Assembly (NCBI GenBank): GCA_965232515.1
Contig: CBDDPY010000002.1
Location: 5,248,001 to 5,312,000, forward strand
Source of the DNA: Alphaproteobacteria bacterium
GTDB lineage: Bacteria > Pseudomonadota > Alphaproteobacteria > GCA-2731375
Direction of reading: 5' to 3'
DNA length: 64,000 nucleotides
The translations under genes were made by a program, and so were the position numbers. The notes under the pieces are model-generated. The model was given only the letters and a program-made list of their open reading frames with translations. It was not told where the DNA came from and ran no database searches. Shown piece by piece: positions 1 through 11,310 of this stretch (its first letter is position 1; the number at the start of each line of letters is the position of its first letter).

Positions 1-264
1 TACAAGCTCGGTCCGGCCGAGAGCAGTGCGCTCGCCGCCTGGCTCGACCGTGTCCGCGCCCGCGACAGCGTGCAACGCGCGATCGCCGATGCAAAGGCCG
101 CGCTCGACGGTCTCCGCGCCGTCGCCGGCAAGATCATGTCGGGCGAGGCGCAACGGCAATACCGCGACCACCGCCTGGAATGGATGGTCCGCGCCGGCGG
201 CCTCGACGTCGTCCGGCAAGGCATGGACAACGGCACCATCCGCTTCTCGACCCCGCCGTCCTAA
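1..264 (+). CDS. Glutathione S-transferase family protein, C-terminal part (5' truncated by window)
   Basis: Frame 1 is open from base 1: ...ALAAWLDRVRARDSVQRA...RQYRDHRLEWMVRAGG, a GST C-terminal-like helix pattern. Confidence 0.55.
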   Translation, partial: YKLGPAESSALAAWLDRVRARDSVQRAIADAKAALDGLRAVAGKIMSGEAQRQYRDHRLEWMVRAGGLDVVRQGMDNGTIRFSTPPS

Positions 265-296
265 GGCCGGGAGCTTTACGGCGACCCATCACAAGT

Positions 297-383
297 CGTC
301 ATGCTGGCGAAGGCCAGCATCCAGCGGCTTTAACGCTTAATTGAGCGGCAACGAAATGGATCCTGGCCTTCGCCAGGATGACG
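297..383. repeat. REP-like inverted palindromic doublet
   Basis: CGTCATGCTGGCGAAGGCCAGCATCCA ... TGGATCCTGGCCTTCGCCAGGATGACG: two internally palindromic units in inverted orientation in an intergenic gap. Confidence 0.75.
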
Positions 384-408
384 ATCGTTCAATTTCCCAT
401 TCAAATAT

Positions 409-442
409 TTCCATTTGGAATTATTCCATTTGGAATTATAAT
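409..442 (+). promoter_or_regulatory. Tandem MarR-type operator next to a -10 box
   Basis: Two copies of the near-palindrome TTCCATTTGGAA (409-420, 424-435) followed by TATAAT (437-442), just upstream of the marR-like gene. Confidence 0.65.
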
Positions 443-462
443 GGGCCGACACGGAGAAACGC

Positions 463-924
463 GTGGACGCGCTCAAGCTCGATGAATTGCTGCCTTATCT
501 CGTGAACCGGCTCGGGCCCAAGGTCGAGGCCGGCTTCGCGGGGCCACTGCGGGCGAACGGCATTACGCTGCCCATGTGGCGGGTGCTGGCGGTGCTGCGG
601 GTATCGGGGCCGCAGGGCTTGAACGATCTCGGCGCCGGCACCAGCCTGCCCTTGTCGACGCTTTCGCGCCTGGTCGGCGACATGGTCTCGCGCGGCCTGT
701 TGAGCCGCGTCCGCAAGCCGGACGACGCCCGTGCGGTCGAGGTGGATCTGACCGAGCATGGCCGCGCCGTCGCCGATGCCGTGACGCCGCTGGCGCGGCA
801 CTACGAGACCGTCATGGCCCGCGGGTTTGCACCGGCGGAGTTGGCCGAGCTCCGGCGTCTGCTGATCAAGCTCTACGCCAATATGGATGGCATCGAGACG
901 ACTTGGCGAGCGGCCGCCGAGTAG
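463..924 (+). CDS. MarR family transcriptional regulator
   Basis: LLPYLVNRL, STLSRLVGDMVSRGLLSR, DDARAVEVDLTEHG winged-helix motifs. Confidence 0.9.
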   Translation: MDALKLDELLPYLVNRLGPKVEAGFAGPLRANGITLPMWRVLAVLRVSGPQGLNDLGAGTSLPLSTLSRLVGDMVSRGLLSRVRKPDDARAVEVDLTEHGRAVADAVTPLARHYETVMARGFAPAELAELRRLLIKLYANMDGIETTWRAAAE

Positions 925-953
925 CGCCGCCGACCGCCGGGAGGGAGAAACCA

Positions 954-2162
954 ATGGCGCTCACCGAAGAAACCCGTCGGTTCGACATCTACGATCTGAC
1001 GAGAGAATTCCTCGACGACCCGTTCCCGACCTACCACTGGCTGCGCGAGACCGACTCCGTGCACCGCAACAAGGACGGCACCTACTACATCACGCGCTAT
1101 GACGATGTGACGCGGGTCTACCGCACCAAGTCGATGACCTCGGACAAGACCGAGATGTATGTCGCCAAATTCGGCGAGGGGCCGCTGTTGGAGCAGCACA
1201 CCAATTCGATGCTGTTCAGCGATCCGCCCAATCACACGCGCATCCGCCGGCTGGTGGCGCACGCCTTCACGCCGCGCGCCATGCAGGTGCTGGAGCACCG
1301 CGTCATCGAGCTGGTCGACCGGCTGCTGAACGATTGCGCCGCCAACGGCGGCATGGACCTGATCAAGGATTTCGCCTTCGCGCTGCCGGTCGAGGTGGTT
1401 TGCGCAATGCTCGGCATTCCGCCGGCCGAGCGCGAGCCGCTGCAGCGCTGGTCGAACGCCATCCTGACGCCGCTGGAGCCGGTGGCGACGCCCGAGATGA
1501 TCGCCAAGGGCAATGAGGCGGTGACCGAGTTCAAGGCCTACCTGAAGGATGTGCTGGCCGATCGTCGCCAGCATCCGGAACGCTATGGCGAGGACGTCAT
1601 GGCCGAGCTGCTGGCGGCCGAGGAGGACGGCGACCGGCTGAGCGAAACCGAACTGGTGCAGAACTGCATCTTCCTGCTGAACGCCGGCCACGAGACTACG
1701 ACCAACCTGGTCGGCAACGGCGTCAACGCGCTGCTAGACTTTCCCGACCAGCTCAAGCGCCTGCAGCAACAGCCCGAGCTGATCGACAGCGCCATCGAGG
1801 AAATGCTGCGTTTCGACAGTCCGCTGCAGATCGGCAACCGCGGCGTCTCGGAAACGATCGAGATCGGTGGCGTCACCATGCCACCCGGCACCCAGATCAT
1901 GACCTCGATCGGCGGCGCCAACCGCGATCCCGCCCAGTTCCCGGAGCCCGACCGCTTCGACATCGCCCGCACGCCGAACCGCCACGTCGCCTTCGCCGCC
2001 GGCATCCACGCCTGCCTCGGCGCGCCGCTCGCCCGCATGGAGGGCCGCATCGCCATCGGCCAACTGGTCGAGCGCTTCCCCGACCTGCGCCGCGCCGGCG
2101 ACATCGTCCGCGGCGGCCGCGCCCGCTTCCGCGGCCTCGCTTCGCTGCCGGTCGCGGTTTGA
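954..2162 (+). CDS. Cytochrome P450
   Basis: I-helix AGHETT, EEMLR (ExxR), heme motif FAAGIHACLG; ATG at 954 after GGGAG RBS. Confidence 0.95.
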   Translation: MALTEETRRFDIYDLTREFLDDPFPTYHWLRETDSVHRNKDGTYYITRYDDVTRVYRTKSMTSDKTEMYVAKFGEGPLLEQHTNSMLFSDPPNHTRIRRLVAHAFTPRAMQVLEHRVIELVDRLLNDCAANGGMDLIKDFAFALPVEVVCAMLGIPPAEREPLQRWSNAILTPLEPVATPEMIAKGNEAVTEFKAYLKDVLADRRQHPERYGEDVMAELLAAEEDGDRLSETELVQNCIFLLNAGHETTTNLVGNGVNALLDFPDQLKRLQQQPELIDSAIEEMLRFDSPLQIGNRGVSETIEIGGVTMPPGTQIMTSIGGANRDPAQFPEPDRFDIARTPNRHVAFAAGIHACLGAPLARMEGRIAIGQLVERFPDLRRAGDIVRGGRARFRGLASLPVAV

Positions 2163-2187
2163 GGGTCACGTCGGCACGCGATGGCCG

Positions 2188-2302
2188 ACCCTTCGAGACG
2201 CGGCTTCGCCGCTCCTCAGGGTGAGGTTCGGCCCTGCTATCAAGCCTCAGCCTCATGTTGAGGAGGGCCCGAAGGGGCCGTCTCGAAACATGCGATATCG
2301 GG
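2188..2302. repeat. REP-like doublet (second family)
   Basis: CCCTTCGAGACG...CTCCTCAGGGTGAGG and inverted CCTCATGTTGAGGAG...GTCTCGAAACATG; same family recurs at 25013-26321. Confidence 0.75.
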
Positions 2303-2323
2303 CTCGGCGGTTGACGTGCGCCG

Positions 2324-3226
2324 CTACGCCATCGCGTCCGCATACGCGCCGCCAGCGGCCAACAACCAGTCGCGGAAGGCAGTGACGCGGTCGTCGCTGG
2401 CTGCGGCCTTGCGGTAGAGCAGGTAGATCGAGCGGCCGCCGGGGACGAAGCCGAAGGGGGCGGCGAGGCGGCCGGCGGCGAGGTCGTCGGCGACCAGCGG
2501 GTGCGGGCCGATGGCGACGCCGAAGCCGGTGGCGGCGGCTTGCAGTAGGAAATAGAAGGTCTCGAAGCGCTGCTCGGCGACCGGCCGCACGACCGGCGCG
2601 CCGCCCGCCGCGAACCAGTCGGTCCAGGCCGAGGGCCGTGATTCCGTGTGCAGCCAGGTCTGATTGGCCAGCTTTCCAGGGTCCGTGAGGCCGCCGCCTG
2701 CGACCAGTCCCGGCGTGCAGACCGGCCCGATCAGTTCCTCCATGAACGGCTCGGCCGCGATGTCGCGGTCGGCCTCGTCGCGGTCGGCGCGGATCATCAG
2801 ATCGACATCGGTGCGCTGAAACGGCAGCGGCGTGTCGGGCGCCGACAACCGCACCTCGATGTCGGGATGCCGGGCCGCGAAATCATGCAGCCGCGGCATC
2901 AGCCAGCGCATGCTGAAGGTGGCGATGCACGACACGACGAGGGGTCGCTTCGTCGCCGCGACGCGCGCCTCGTTGGCGCCCATCTCCAGCACGTCGAAAG
3001 CGCCGCGCACCCGGGCATAGAGCGCCTCGCCCGCCGGGGTCAGCTCGATGCGCCGGTGCAGCCGCCGGAACACCGGCACGCCAAGATCGGCCTCCAACGC
3101 CTTCACCTGCCGGCTAACCGCGCCATGGGTGACCAGCAACTCGTCCGCAGCCGCGCTCAGGCTGATATGCCGGGCCGCGGCCTCGAAGGCGCGCAAGGCG
3201 TTCAGCGGCGGCAGACGTCGGCGCAT
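2324..3226 (-). CDS. LysR family regulator (GcvA-like)
   Basis: LPPLNALRAFEAAARH...AADELLVTHGAVSRQVKALE HTH. Confidence 0.92.
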   Translation of the reverse strand: MRRRLPPLNALRAFEAAARHISLSAAADELLVTHGAVSRQVKALEADLGVPVFRRLHRRIELTPAGEALYARVRGAFDVLEMGANEARVAATKRPLVVSCIATFSMRWLMPRLHDFAARHPDIEVRLSAPDTPLPFQRTDVDLMIRADRDEADRDIAAEPFMEELIGPVCTPGLVAGGGLTDPGKLANQTWLHTESRPSAWTDWFAAGGAPVVRPVAEQRFETFYFLLQAAATGFGVAIGPHPLVADDLAAGRLAAPFGFVPGGRSIYLLYRKAAASDDRVTAFRDWLLAAGGAYADAMA

Positions 3227-3322
3227 CGGTCACTCGATTTGTATGAGTTTTTTTCACACGATACTGGAAGAGAACTCCTTTGTCATAGCTATTTAGACCG
3301 GCGTAATCTGAACTCAGCTCTT

Positions 3323-4546
3323 ATGGAGGCTGAGATTCGCAAGCCCACGCATATGGTCATGGCGGTCTGCGCGGCGCAGGCTATGGGCGCCAGCGGCACG
3401 ATGTATTTCCCCGCGCTGCTGCCGGCCTTTCAGGCGGAATGGCAGCTCAGCAACGTCGAGGCGGGCTGGATCACCGGCGTGTTCTATGCCGGCTATGCCG
3501 CCGCGGTGCCGGTGCTGGTCAGCCTGACCGACCGTATCGACGCGCGGCAGATCTTTCTGTTCTCCTGTGCCGCCGGTGCCGCCGCCATGCTGGGCTTTGC
3601 CTTTTTCGCCGACGGCGCCTGGAGCGCGGCGCTCTGGCGTTTGCTGGCCGGCATCGGTTTCGCCGCCGCCTACATGCCGGGCGCGCGGGCCTTGAGCGAC
3701 CGGCTGGACGGCGCCGCCCAGGTGCGGGCCGTCGCCATCTACACCGCGTTCTCGGCCGTCGGTTCTGCGGCCTCGGTCGGACTCGCCGGTCTGCTCGCCG
3801 CCCTGTTGGGCTGGCGGTGGGGGGCGGCCGCGACCGCGATCGGACCACTGCTGGCGGCTGCCTCCTTCGCCGCCGTGGTGGCGCCTAAACCACTCGCGTT
3901 CGCGGCCGACGGCCGGCTGCGCGACGTTTTCGACATCCGCCGCGTGCTACGCAATCGGCCGGCCGTCGGCTATATGCTGGCCTATGCCGTGCACAGCTTC
4001 GAGCTGTTCGGCTACCGCGCCTGGTTGGTCGCGTTCCTGGCCGCCAGCCTCGCGCTCCAGCCGGCGAACGCGCTGCCGCTCGGCGCGCCGCTGGTGGCGA
4101 CCGTGATCATGCTGGCCGGCGTGCCGGCGAGCATCCTCGGCAACGAGGGTGCCATGCGCTGGGGCCGGCGCCGTGCGATCACCGCCTATGTCGGTCTGAC
4201 GGCGCTGATCGGCTGCGCGCTCGGCTTCGGCCTGACCTGGCCGTTCGCGATCGTCGCCGGCCTGGCGCTGGTCTACGGCATGGCGACCATGCTCGACAGC
4301 GGTTCGCTCACCGCCGGTCTGGTCGCCTCGGCCAACGAAGCCGAACGTGGCGTGACCATGGCGATGCATTCCTTCCTCGGCTTCGGCGCCGGCCTGTTGG
4401 CGCCGCTCGCCTTCGGCGCCGTGCTTGACGTGGCCGGCACCGGCAGCCTCGGCTGGGGGTTGGCTTTCGGCGGCCTCGCGCTCACGGCGCTGACCGGTCC
4501 GCTCTGGCTGCGCCTGTTCGGTTCCGGAAAAGGTCGATACGCATGA
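3323..4546 (+). CDS. MFS transporter
   Basis: About 12 hydrophobic segments, LTDRIDAR motif A-like loop; ATG at 3323. Confidence 0.88.
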   Translation: MEAEIRKPTHMVMAVCAAQAMGASGTMYFPALLPAFQAEWQLSNVEAGWITGVFYAGYAAAVPVLVSLTDRIDARQIFLFSCAAGAAAMLGFAFFADGAWSAALWRLLAGIGFAAAYMPGARALSDRLDGAAQVRAVAIYTAFSAVGSAASVGLAGLLAALLGWRWGAAATAIGPLLAAASFAAVVAPKPLAFAADGRLRDVFDIRRVLRNRPAVGYMLAYAVHSFELFGYRAWLVAFLAASLALQPANALPLGAPLVATVIMLAGVPASILGNEGAMRWGRRRAITAYVGLTALIGCALGFGLTWPFAIVAGLALVYGMATMLDSGSLTAGLVASANEAERGVTMAMHSFLGFGAGLLAPLAFGAVLDVAGTGSLGWGLAFGGLALTALTGPLWLRLFGSGKGRYA

Positions 4547-5079
4547 CCCAGGACACCATCGTCATCCGCGACAGCCGCGACGACGACATCGCCGCGATCC
4601 ACGAGATCTACGCGCATCACGTGCTGACCGGCACGGCCTCGTTCGAGCTGACAGCGCCGGATGCCGCGGAAATCGCGCGCCGGCGCGAGGCGACGCTTGC
4701 CGCCGGCTATCCCTATTTCGTCGCCGAGATCGACGGCCGTATCGCCGGCTACACCTACGCCGGCCCCTACCGGCCGCGCCCGGCCTACCGAGACACTGTG
4801 GAGAACTCGGTCTACGTCGCCGACTGGGCGCAGCGCCGCGGCGTCGCCCGGGCGCTGCTCAAGGCCCTGATCGCCGCCTGCGAGGCCGCCGGCCGCCGGC
4901 AGATGATCGCCGTCATCGGCGACAGCGCGCACACCGCCTCGATCCGTCTTCACGAGACGCTCGGCTTTGCCCATGTCGGTGTGCTTCGCAGCGTCGGCTA
5001 CAAGCACGACCGCTGGCTCGACAGCGTGCTCATGCAGCGCACCCTCGGCCTCGGCGACACGGTGCCGCCGACCGTCTAG
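4543..5079 (+). CDS. GNAT N-acetyltransferase (phosphinothricin acetyltransferase-like)
   Basis: GTASFE, RPAYRDTVENSVYV, QRRGVA, ASIRLHETLGF, GYKHDRWLD. Confidence 0.9.
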   Translation: MTQDTIVIRDSRDDDIAAIHEIYAHHVLTGTASFELTAPDAAEIARRREATLAAGYPYFVAEIDGRIAGYTYAGPYRPRPAYRDTVENSVYVADWAQRRGVARALLKALIAACEAAGRRQMIAVIGDSAHTASIRLHETLGFAHVGVLRSVGYKHDRWLDSVLMQRTLGLGDTVPPTV

Positions 5080-5132
5080 AGCACGGGGTTTTGCGGGCGC
5101 CCCGCGCTTATTGGCCGCCTTGCCCTTGTGGC

Positions 5133-5190
5133 TTGACCGGATTCTCGGCGGCGATCTATTGTAAAGAAATATTTTTACGCGCGGTAAGAT
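5133..5190 (+). promoter_or_regulatory. smoC promoter and LacI-type operator
   Basis: TTGACC (5133) and TATTGT (5157) followed by TTTTACGCGCGGTAAGAT, which resembles the operator at 6313. Confidence 0.55.
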
Positions 5191-5262
5191 TTTGAGGCCG
5201 TTGTCGTCAAGATCGTCTGCGCGATCGATCGGCGCGCGGCGCGAGTTTCGGGAGGTGGCGGC

Positions 5263-6294
5263 ATGGATGGGCGCAAGATCAAGAACATGGAGGAGTTCGC
5301 CGCCGTCAGCGGGATTTCCCGGCCGACCGTCTCGAAGTACTTCAACGATCCCGACAGTGTCCGTGCCTCGACGCGCAAACGCATAGAGGCGGCGCTGGCG
5401 GACTACGACTATCGCCCGAACATCTTCGCGATGAACCAGAATCGCCGCCTGACAAAGAATGTCGGAATCGTTGTCCCGTATCTGGCCGACCCGTTCTTTG
5501 CCGAGATCGCGCGAAATCTGGAACGTCGCTGCATCGACGCCGGCTTCTCGCCAATACTTTTCAGCTCCCACGGCGTGCCCGCCTACGAGAGCGACATTCT
5601 GGACAGCCTCCGTTCGCTGAAGCCGGCCGGCGTGCTTTTGGCGCCGCTCGGGCGCACCTCCAAGCGTGACGCGCTGGAGAAGTTCTGCGCCGACGTGCCG
5701 ACGGTCCTGTTCGACAGCTATGTCGAAGAGGTCGGCGACGTGTTCATCGGCTCGAACAACCAGCAGAGTATTGCCTTGATCGTGGAATATCTCAGCCGGA
5801 CCGGCGAGCCGCCGTGCTTCTTCGAGATGGAGACGCCGGTGAACCCGAACGCGAAACGGCGCCGGGCCGCCTATCTGGCCGCCATGGAAAGCCTCGGCCA
5901 TGCGCCGCGCATCTTTCAGGCCAAAGGCATGGACTGGGACTTCGAGAACATCGGCTACGTCGAGGGCATGCGCGCGCTTTCCGAGGGCGCCTTTTCGACG
6001 AATACGATTCTGTGCAGCAACGATCGTCTCGCCATCGGCGTCCTCGCGGCGGCGTATCACAAGGGATTGCGCGTGGGGCGGGGGCATGGGCATGCCCTGC
6101 GGATCGCCGGGCACGACGATCATCCGTTTTCACGCTTCACCTGCCCGCCGCTGACCACAGTATCGCAGGACTATGCCGCGATCGCCGAGCGCAGCGTGGA
6201 GACGCTGTTCGAGGTCATCGAGTCCGGCGCGCGCGGCATCTCGCACAAGACGACGTTCTTCGACGGCCAGTTGGTGATGCGGGAGTCGGCATAG
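5263..6294 (+). CDS. LacI family regulator of the polyol operon
   Basis: MEEFAAVSGISRPTVSKYF HTH, YRPN hinge, LCSNDRLAIG, PPLTTV. Confidence 0.92.
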   Translation: MDGRKIKNMEEFAAVSGISRPTVSKYFNDPDSVRASTRKRIEAALADYDYRPNIFAMNQNRRLTKNVGIVVPYLADPFFAEIARNLERRCIDAGFSPILFSSHGVPAYESDILDSLRSLKPAGVLLAPLGRTSKRDALEKFCADVPTVLFDSYVEEVGDVFIGSNNQQSIALIVEYLSRTGEPPCFFEMETPVNPNAKRRRAAYLAAMESLGHAPRIFQAKGMDWDFENIGYVEGMRALSEGAFSTNTILCSNDRLAIGVLAAAYHKGLRVGRGHGHALRIAGHDDHPFSRFTCPPLTTVSQDYAAIAERSVETLFEVIESGARGISHKTTFFDGQLVMRESA

Positions 6295-6312
6295 CCACCG
6301 TCGCATTCTGAT

Positions 6313-6342
6313 ATTTTACACGCGTAAAATTATTTCTTGACA
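6313..6342 (+). promoter_or_regulatory. LacI-type operator and -35 box of the polyol operon
   Basis: Near-palindrome ATTTTACACGCGTAAAAT (6313-6330), then TTGACA (6337-6342). Confidence 0.65.
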
Positions 6343-6398
6343 CGAAGTCAGGTAGGTTACTAGGCTCCCTGAAACATCTAAGCAAAGGGAGGAAAAGC

Positions 6399-7700
6399 AT
6401 GCATTCGACGTCATCGTTCTGTGCGGCCACCGCCGTCGCCCTTCTCCTGGCGGGCGGCGCGCTGGCCGAGACCATCACGATCGCGACCGTGAACAACGGC
6501 GACATGATCCGCATGCAGGGTCTGGCCGACGACTTCACGGCCAAGACCGGCCATCAGGTCGAATGGGTCACGCTGGAAGAAAACGTGCTTCGCCAGCGGG
6601 TGACGCAGGACATCGCCACCAAGGGCGGTCAGTTCGACATCATGACGATCGGCATGTACGAAACGCCGATCTGGGGACGCCAGGGCTGGCTGGTGCCGCT
6701 CGACGATCTGCCCGCGTCCTATGACGTCGACGATATTCTTCCCGCGATGCGGGCCGGCCTCTCGGTCGATGGCACGCTCTATGCCGCGCCGTTCTACGGC
6801 GAAAGCTCGATGATCATGTATCGGACCGATCTCATGGATGCCGCCGGGCTGCAGATGCCAAAGGCGCCGACCTGGGATTTCGTCGCCGCGGCGGCCCGCA
6901 AGATCACCGACAGGGACAAGGAGATCTACGGCATCTGTCTGCGCGGCAAGGCCGGCTGGGGCGAGAACATGGCCTTCCTGACCGCCACCTCGAACGCCTT
7001 CGGCGCGCGCTGGTTCGACGAGGACTGGACGCCGCAGTTCGACAGTCCTGAATGGAAGCAGACGCTGACCTTCTACCTCGATCTGATGAACGATGCCGGC
7101 CCTCCGGGCGCCTCGACCAACGGCTTCAACGAAAACCTTTCGCTGTTCCAGCAGGGCAGGTGCGGCATGTGGATCGACGCCACGGTCGCCGCGTCCTTCG
7201 TGACCAACCCCAACGACTCGACCGTCGCCGACAAGGTCGGATTCGCGCTGGCGCCCGACACCGGCAAGGGCAAGCGCGGCAACTGGCTCTGGGCCTGGGC
7301 GCTGGCGATCCCGGCGGGTACGCAGAAAGAAGCCGCCGCGAAGGAGTTCATCCAATGGGCGACGTCGAAGGAATATCTCGAGCTCGTCGCCGCGAAGGAA
7401 GGCTGGGCCAACGTGCCCCCCGGCAGCCGGACCTCGCTTTACCAGAACCCGGAATACGCCAAGGTGCCGTTTGCCGCGATGACGCTCGACAGCATCAATG
7501 CGGCCGACCCGACCAATCCGACCGTGGAGCCCGTTCCCTATGTCGGCGTCCAGTTCGTGGCGATCCCTGAGTTCGCCGGCATCGCCACGCAGGTCGGTCA
7601 GGAATTCTCGGCCGCGCTCGCCGGTCAGCAGACCGCCGAGGAGGCGCTGGCGAAGGCGCAGGCGCTGACCGCCGAGGAGATGGAAGCCGCCGGCTACTGA
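6399..7700 (+). CDS. smoE: Sorbitol/mannitol ABC transporter substrate-binding protein
   Basis: Signal peptide; TIATVNNGDMIRMQ, LEENVLRQRVTQDIATKGGQFD typical of SmoE/MtlE. Confidence 0.9.
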   Translation: MHSTSSFCAATAVALLLAGGALAETITIATVNNGDMIRMQGLADDFTAKTGHQVEWVTLEENVLRQRVTQDIATKGGQFDIMTIGMYETPIWGRQGWLVPLDDLPASYDVDDILPAMRAGLSVDGTLYAAPFYGESSMIMYRTDLMDAAGLQMPKAPTWDFVAAAARKITDRDKEIYGICLRGKAGWGENMAFLTATSNAFGARWFDEDWTPQFDSPEWKQTLTFYLDLMNDAGPPGASTNGFNENLSLFQQGRCGMWIDATVAASFVTNPNDSTVADKVGFALAPDTGKGKRGNWLWAWALAIPAGTQKEAAAKEFIQWATSKEYLELVAAKEGWANVPPGSRTSLYQNPEYAKVPFAAMTLDSINAADPTNPTVEPVPYVGVQFVAIPEFAGIATQVGQEFSAALAGQQTAEEALAKAQALTAEEMEAAGY

Positions 7701-7715
7701 GGCGCGCCGCTTCGA

Positions 7716-7748
7716 CCCGGAGGGCGGCCGCGACCGCCGCCCTCCGGG
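7716..7748 (+). terminator. GC-rich hairpin after smoE (terminator or mRNA stabiliser)
   Basis: CCCGGAGGGCGGC-loop-GCCGCCCTCCGGG perfect 13-bp stem. Confidence 0.6.
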
Positions 7749-7815
7749 ATTTCCCGACACCCGCGATACCATCCGTCCGAGACGGCGTGAGTCCGTCAAC
7801 AGAGGAGGTGTCTCC

Positions 7816-8682
7816 ATGGCGACCCAGCATTCCCGATCCGCCGCCAGACTGATGATGGCCCCCGCGGTCGTTCTGCTCCTGGGATGGATGCTCGTCCCGC
7901 TGACGATGACGCTGTACTTCTCGTTCAAGAAGTATCTGCCTCTGCGCGGCGGCGACCTGGGCTGGACGGGCTTCGACAACTATGTCCGCTTCGTCACCTC
8001 GAGCACTTTCTGGCCCAGCGTGCAAACCACGCTCGTCATCGTCGGCGGCGTGCTCCTGATCACCGTCGTTCTGGGCGTGCTGCTCGCCATCCTGCTCGAT
8101 CAGCCGATGTGGGGACGGGGCGCCGTCCGCATTCTCGTGATCGCCCCGTTCTTCGTGATGCCCACGGTTTCGGCGCTGGTCTGGAAGAATATGTTCATGG
8201 ACCCGGTGAACGGCTTGCTGGCGCATTTATGGAAATTCTTCGGCGCGCAGCCGGTCGAGTGGCTGAGCGACGCGTCGATATTCTCGATCGTTCTGATCGT
8301 GTCCTGGCAATGGCTGCCGTTTGCGACCCTGATCTTGCTGACCGCCATTCAGTCGCTCGACAGCGAGCAGCTCGAGGCCGCGGAGATGGACGGTGCGCCG
8401 CCGCTTTCCCGCTTCGGGTTCATCATCCTGCCGCATCTCAGCCGGGCCATCACTATCGTCATCCTGATCCAGACGATCTTCCTGTTGTCGATCTTCGCCG
8501 AGATTTTCGTCACTACCGGCGGCGCCTTCGGCACCCGCACGCTGACCTACCTGATCTTCCAGCGCGTGCTGGAAAGCCAGAATGTCGGGCTCGGCTCGGC
8601 GGGCGGGGTCTACGCCATCATCCTGGCCAATATCGTCGCGATCTTCCTGATGCGCATCGTCGGCAAGAACCTGGACAGGTGA
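7816..8682 (+). CDS. smoF: Polyol ABC transporter permease
   Basis: EAA loop LEAAEMDGA; multiple TM segments; operon position. Confidence 0.9.
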   Translation: MATQHSRSAARLMMAPAVVLLLGWMLVPLTMTLYFSFKKYLPLRGGDLGWTGFDNYVRFVTSSTFWPSVQTTLVIVGGVLLITVVLGVLLAILLDQPMWGRGAVRILVIAPFFVMPTVSALVWKNMFMDPVNGLLAHLWKFFGAQPVEWLSDASIFSIVLIVSWQWLPFATLILLTAIQSLDSEQLEAAEMDGAPPLSRFGFIILPHLSRAITIVILIQTIFLLSIFAEIFVTTGGAFGTRTLTYLIFQRVLESQNVGLGSAGGVYAIILANIVAIFLMRIVGKNLDR

Positions 8683-8694
8683 GGAGGTAGGAAA

Positions 8695-9525
8695 ATGGCC
8701 CGCGCTGTCACGACCCGTCGGAAGACCGTCTACACGTTCGCCGCTTGGGGCATCGGCCTGCTGATCTTCTTCCCCATCCTCTGGACGATCCTGACCGGCT
8801 TCAAGACCGAAGCGCAGGCGATCGCCGGCCCGCCGGTTTTCCTGTTCTTCGACTGGACGCTGGAGAACTACACCGTGGTCCAGGAGCGGTCCGACTACAT
8901 GCGGTTCCTCTGGAACTCGGTGATCATCGCCGGCGGGTCGACGGTTCTGGGCATCATCGTCGCGGTTCCCGCGGCCTGGTCCATGGCCTTCGTTCCTTCG
9001 AGGCGCACCAAGGATGTCCTGCTCTGGATGCTGTCGACCAAGATGCTGCCCGCCGTCGGGGTGCTCTATCCGATCTATCTTCTGTTCATCCAGCTCGGCC
9101 TGCTCGACACGCGGACCGGCCTGGTGATCGTGATGATGCTGATCAACCTGCCGATCATCGTCTGGATGCTCTACACCTATTTCCGGGAGATTCCGGGCGA
9201 GATCCTCGAAGCCGCGCGGATGGATGGCGCCTCGCTCAGAAGCGAGATCCTCTACGTGCTGACGCCGATGGCGGTGCCCGGCATCGCCTCGACCGTCCTA
9301 CTGAATTTCATTCTGGCCTGGAACGAAGCGTTCTGGACGCTCAACCTGACGGCGGCCAAGGCCGGACCGCTGACCGCGTTCATCGCCAGCTACTCCAGCC
9401 CCGAAGGCCTGTTTTACGCGAAGCTCAGCGCCGCCTCGACCATGGCCATCGCGCCGATCCTGATCCTGGGCTGGTTCAGTCAGAAACAACTCGTCCGCGG
9501 CCTGACCTTCGGCGCGGTGAAGTGA
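8695..9525 (+). CDS. smoG: Polyol ABC transporter permease
   Basis: EAA loop [11 protein letters not shown]; C-terminal GLTFGAVK. Confidence 0.9.
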   Translation: MARAVTTRRKTVYTFAAWGIGLLIFFPILWTILTGFKTEAQAIAGPPVFLFFDWTLENYTVVQERSDYMRFLWNSVIIAGGSTVLGIIVAVPAAWSMAFVPSRRTKDVLLWMLSTKMLPAVGVLYPIYLLFIQLGLLDTRTGLVIVMMLINLPIIVWMLYTYFREIPGEILEAARMDGASLRSEILYVLTPMAVPGIASTVLLNFILAWNEAFWTLNLTAAKAGPLTAFIASYSSPEGLFYAKLSAASTMAIAPILILGWFSQKQLVRGLTFGAVK

Positions 9526-9535
9526 GGGGGATGAC

Positions 9536-10536
<1,001 letters not shown>

Positions 10537-10540
<4 letters not shown>

Positions 10541-11310
10541 ACAGGCTCGCGGGTAAGGCCGCACTGATAACGGGAGCCGCGCGCGGCATCGGTCTCGCCT
10601 TTGCCGAAGCCTATGTCCGCGAAGGCGCGCGGGTCGCCGTCGCGGATATCGATGTCGGGCGCGCCCGACAATCGGCAAGCGACATCGGCGACGGGGCGAT
10701 CGCGGTTGAGATCGACGTAACGCGACAGGACAGCATCGACCGCGCCGTGGCCGAAACGGTGGACGTTTTCGGCCGCATCGACATCCTGGTCAACAACGCC
10801 GCGGTCTTCACCGCCGCGCCTATTGTCGACATCACGCGTGAGGACTACGAGCGAATCTTCGACATCAACGTCGCTGGCACATTGTTCACGATGCAGGCCG
10901 TCGCCCGACACATGATCGCGCGCGGCGGCGGCGGAAAAATCATCAACATGGCCAGCCAGGCGGGGCGACGCGGCGAGGCGCTGGTCGCGGTCTATTGCGC
11001 GAGCAAGGCCGCCGTCATCAGTCTGACCCAGTCCGCGGGGCTGAACCTGATCAAACATGGCATCAACGTGAACGCCATCGCGCCTGGCGTGGTGGATGGC
11101 GAGCACTGGGATGGCGTCGACGCCTATTTCGCCAGATACGAGAACAAGGCGCCGGGACAGAAGAAAAAGGAAGTCGGCGACGCCGTGCCCTACGGCCGCA
11201 TGGGCAAAGCGGCCGACCTCACGGGCATGGCGATCTTTCTGGCCAGCGACGAGGCCGACTACATCGTCGCGCAGTGCTACAACGTGGATGGCGGCCAGTG
11301 GATGAGCTGA
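10537..11310 (+). CDS. smoS: Sorbitol (L-iditol 2-) dehydrogenase, SDR
   Basis: [36 protein letters not shown]. Confidence 0.9.

Noticed and set aside
1-264. Edge GST as the missing isoJ
   Set aside because: It is 13 kb from the cluster, truncated, and shows no recognisable IsoJ-specific sequence.
576-953. N-terminal extensions of ORF-track calls (P450 from 576, MFS from 2648, mtlK from 10995, ALDH-like from 20888, coq7 from 33206)
   Set aside because: The extensions overlap neighbouring genes; family homology starts at downstream starts.
4273-6123. Long antisense and alternate-frame ORFs (e.g. 4273-6123, 6411-7979, 16516-18294, 22879-24105, 54428-55597)
   Set aside because: They are shadows of well-supported genes, expected in high-GC DNA, and show no recognisable motifs.
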